Shown here: piece by piece, positions 54,880 through 56,618 of the stretch
Numbering within the stretch: position 1 is the stretch's first letter
Layout: every line of letters starts with the position of its first letter
IMG/VR virus record: IMGVR_UViG_3300043353_000072
Span: 1-56,618 of that record
Source of the DNA: a virus
Taxonomy: Duplodnaviria > Caudoviricetes
Reading direction: 5' to 3' (one strand)
DNA length: 56,618 nt
Made by a program: the position numbers and the translations under genes
The notes under the pieces: model-generated
Told to the model about the DNA's origin: nothing
What the model saw: only the letters and a program-made list of their open reading frames with translations
Databases searched by the model: none

Positions 54880-55826
54880 CAGGCCGCCTCCGCCGTCTCC
54901 CGCTGGCAGATGGACAGCAGCCGTTCCGCCGGCCGATCCCCCAGCACCCGCTTGACGATTTCCGCTTCGCTGTCCGCGAACATGAGATTGATCCGGTAGA
55001 ACACGCGGTCCTTCCGTACCAGCTCACGTTCCTCGTCAGTGCGCGCGGCGGCCAGCTTTTGCTCGTGCTCCCGTTGCGCCTCCAAGGCTTGCATCGACAT
55101 GGCGGACGTTATGACGATGCTCCCGTTGTTCACGTCCGAGGCCACCACGGAGGCGCGGCCGTCCTGGTCGCTCCGCGCCTCCGGATTCCAGGCGGCGGTG
55201 TACTCGTCGCCGGCGAGCGCGTCCGGTGCCGGAATGTCCGCCAGCAGCTTCTCAATCTCGGCCTCACTGAGCATGAGACTGTCGGCGGCCCAGTCCAGGG
55301 CTCCGAGTTTCTCAAGGTCCCGCAGCACCTCGGCCGACAACTGGATGTCTTCCGATCCGCGCGCCCGGTTATGCCGCAGCGTGGCGATGCGCATTTGTTC
55401 CGCCGTCATGTCCACCAGCACCACGGGCAACGTCTCCATGCCCAGGGCCGCCGCGGCGCGCCAACGGTGCTCGCCATCGACAATGCGGTGTCCGTCCCGC
55501 TGCACGATGACCGGCTGGGTGAAACCGTCCTCCCGCATGGAGCGCAGCAGCAACTCGAAATCCTTCTCGCTCATGCGGTTGGGATTGTACTCGTTGGGGT
55601 GGATGTCGCTGACCGGCAGGTATTCGATATTGAGCCGTTCCAGCATGATGTTGGTCTTGATGGGCGGCGCGCGTTTGCGTCCCGCCATTCGTTGCGGTCG
55701 CGGTGGATCTGCTGATGGTGGAGCGTGCGCGCCATTGGTTTTCGCGGCGGCCTTGCGCGCCGGTGCCTTGGCTGGTGGTGGTGGTGGGCTCGCCGCTTTT
55801 TTGGCGGCCGTTTGCTTGCGAGGCAT
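54879..55826 (-). CDS. ParB/Srx-domain protein (IbrB/YbdM-like)
   Basis: PNEYNPN, DGFTQPVIV, IVDGEHRW, ATLRHNRARG. Confidence 0.88.
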   Translation of the reverse strand: MPRKQTAAKKAASPPPPPAKAPARKAAAKTNGAHAPPSADPPRPQRMAGRKRAPPIKTNIMLERLNIEYLPVSDIHPNEYNPNRMSEKDFELLLRSMREDGFTQPVIVQRDGHRIVDGEHRWRAAAALGMETLPVVLVDMTAEQMRIATLRHNRARGSEDIQLSAEVLRDLEKLGALDWAADSLMLSEAEIEKLLADIPAPDALAGDEYTAAWNPEARSDQDGRASVVASDVNNGSIVITSAMSMQALEAQREHEQKLAAARTDEERELVRKDRVFYRINLMFADSEAEIVKRVLGDRPAERLLSICQRETAEAA

Positions 55827-55835
55827 ATCGTTTTC

Positions 55836-56618
55836 CTATGTCCAGGTGGGCGCGAAGCCGCCCCATGTGCCCGATCCGGCGCGGAAGAAATCGGGCTCCA
55901 TCGCCCGGTTGCCACCAATGCCGAAGGTTTTGAGTGCGAAAGGGTCGCCATTGTAGAGGGCCAGCGTGAGGGATCGCCAACAGCCCAGGTTGCCGCTGCA
56001 CATATAGCAAGGCCGGCTCTCCGGCAGGTCCGTTGTCGCGTGGTGCGCATGGGTGTGGACAATGGCCTCGCTGACCTTGGCGGCACGCTCCGCCAGCCAC
56101 GCCGCCGGCGCCTCCGCGATGCACTCGCGCATGAACGTGTCGCGCCACGTTTCGCCCAGCCGACGATGCGGCAGGACGCTTTTCATGCCGAACTGGGAAA
56201 TGGTTTTGGCGCCGGGCAGGCGTGTCTCCACGCGGTCGAACCATCGCGGCCATGCCTTGCGCGCCATGGTCAACAGATACACCGAGGCGGAGTTGAGCGT
56301 GGGCGGTGCTATGCGCATGAACTTCATGGGCACGTCGAAACGAACCATGGCGTTGTAGGCCGTGTTGTAATCCCACTTCTGGTCCCGCACCGCGCGCCAG
56401 ACGTCCGCGTCCTGCCAGTCGTAGATGGGCCGGCAGTTGCGCGTCCCGATGACGTTTCGTTTCGTCATGTGACCGCCGGCGGAGAACACGCTGTAGCGCC
56501 GGTTCTGGCTTTCCGACGCGCGAATCCCCATGACGCTGAAAAGGTCTTTGCCCTCCGGCGTGGGATATACCTGCTTCGAAATGATGCGGGTGATGTCCAT
56601 GGCGTCGATATGCGTGGC
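55836..56618 (-). CDS. PAPS-reductase-family (IbrA/YbdN-like) protein, 3' part
   Basis: GIRASESQNR, PIYDWQDADVW, YN.AY, C-terminal CYMC. Confidence 0.85.
   Translation of the reverse strand, partial: ATHIDAMDITRIISKQVYPTPEGKDLFSVMGIRASESQNRRYSVFSAGGHMTKRNVIGTRNCRPIYDWQDADVWRAVRDQKWDYNTAYNAMVRFDVPMKFMRIAPPTLNSASVYLLTMARKAWPRWFDRVETRLPGAKTISQFGMKSVLPHRRLGETWRDTFMRECIAEAPAAWLAERAAKVSEAIVHTHAHHATTDLPESRPCYMCSGNLGCWRSLTLALYNGDPFALKTFGIGGNRAMEPDFFRAGSGTWGGFAPTWT

Noticed and set aside
54879-55826. ParB proteins as the partner of ParA
   Set aside because: ParA is short type Ib with its own RHH partner; this ParB carries the IbrB-type HNRARG motif and is linked to the PAPS reductase.
56492-56618. 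Terminal repeat as a biological DTR
   Set aside because: It falls mid-gene, 127 matches a common assembler k-mer overlap, and a cos site exists elsewhere.
55836-56618. Sulfate-assimilation cysH auxiliary gene or canonical Dnd system
   Set aside because: Length, motifs and ParB linkage fit the IbrA/YbdN type; no other cys or dnd genes are visible.

Overview
Apparently complete, circularly assembled, high-GC temperate phage genome. Bases 1-127 repeat exactly at 56492-56618, giving a unit length of about 56,491 bp. The host is probably alphaproteobacterial, inferred from FlbT-, GapR-, DUF3309- and PEP-CTERM-like genes and the promoter style. The virion combines a lambda-like head and packaging set (cos, GpA terminase, gpW, portal, S49 protease, gpD, gpE) with a Mu-like contractile tail. 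No integrase, transposase or recognisable endolysin is visible. A ParA + ribbon-helix-helix partition pair, a plasmid-type wHTH Rep and a ProQ/FinO protein are present, so this looks like a phage-plasmid with a second, O-like lytic replicon. Most notable: (1) a methyltransferase/ParB/PAPS-reductase/ParB/glycosyltransferase operon running into cos (candidate DNA or virion modification system); (2) four copies of a promoter-operator-RNA hairpin cassette heading the early gene blocks, flanked by ATCA arrays; (3) two terminase-small-subunit-like genes inverted relative to cos and terL; (4) FlbT-like and PEP-CTERM cargo genes; (5) two highly structured intergenic RNA candidates. All family calls come from motif recognition by eye, not from database searches.
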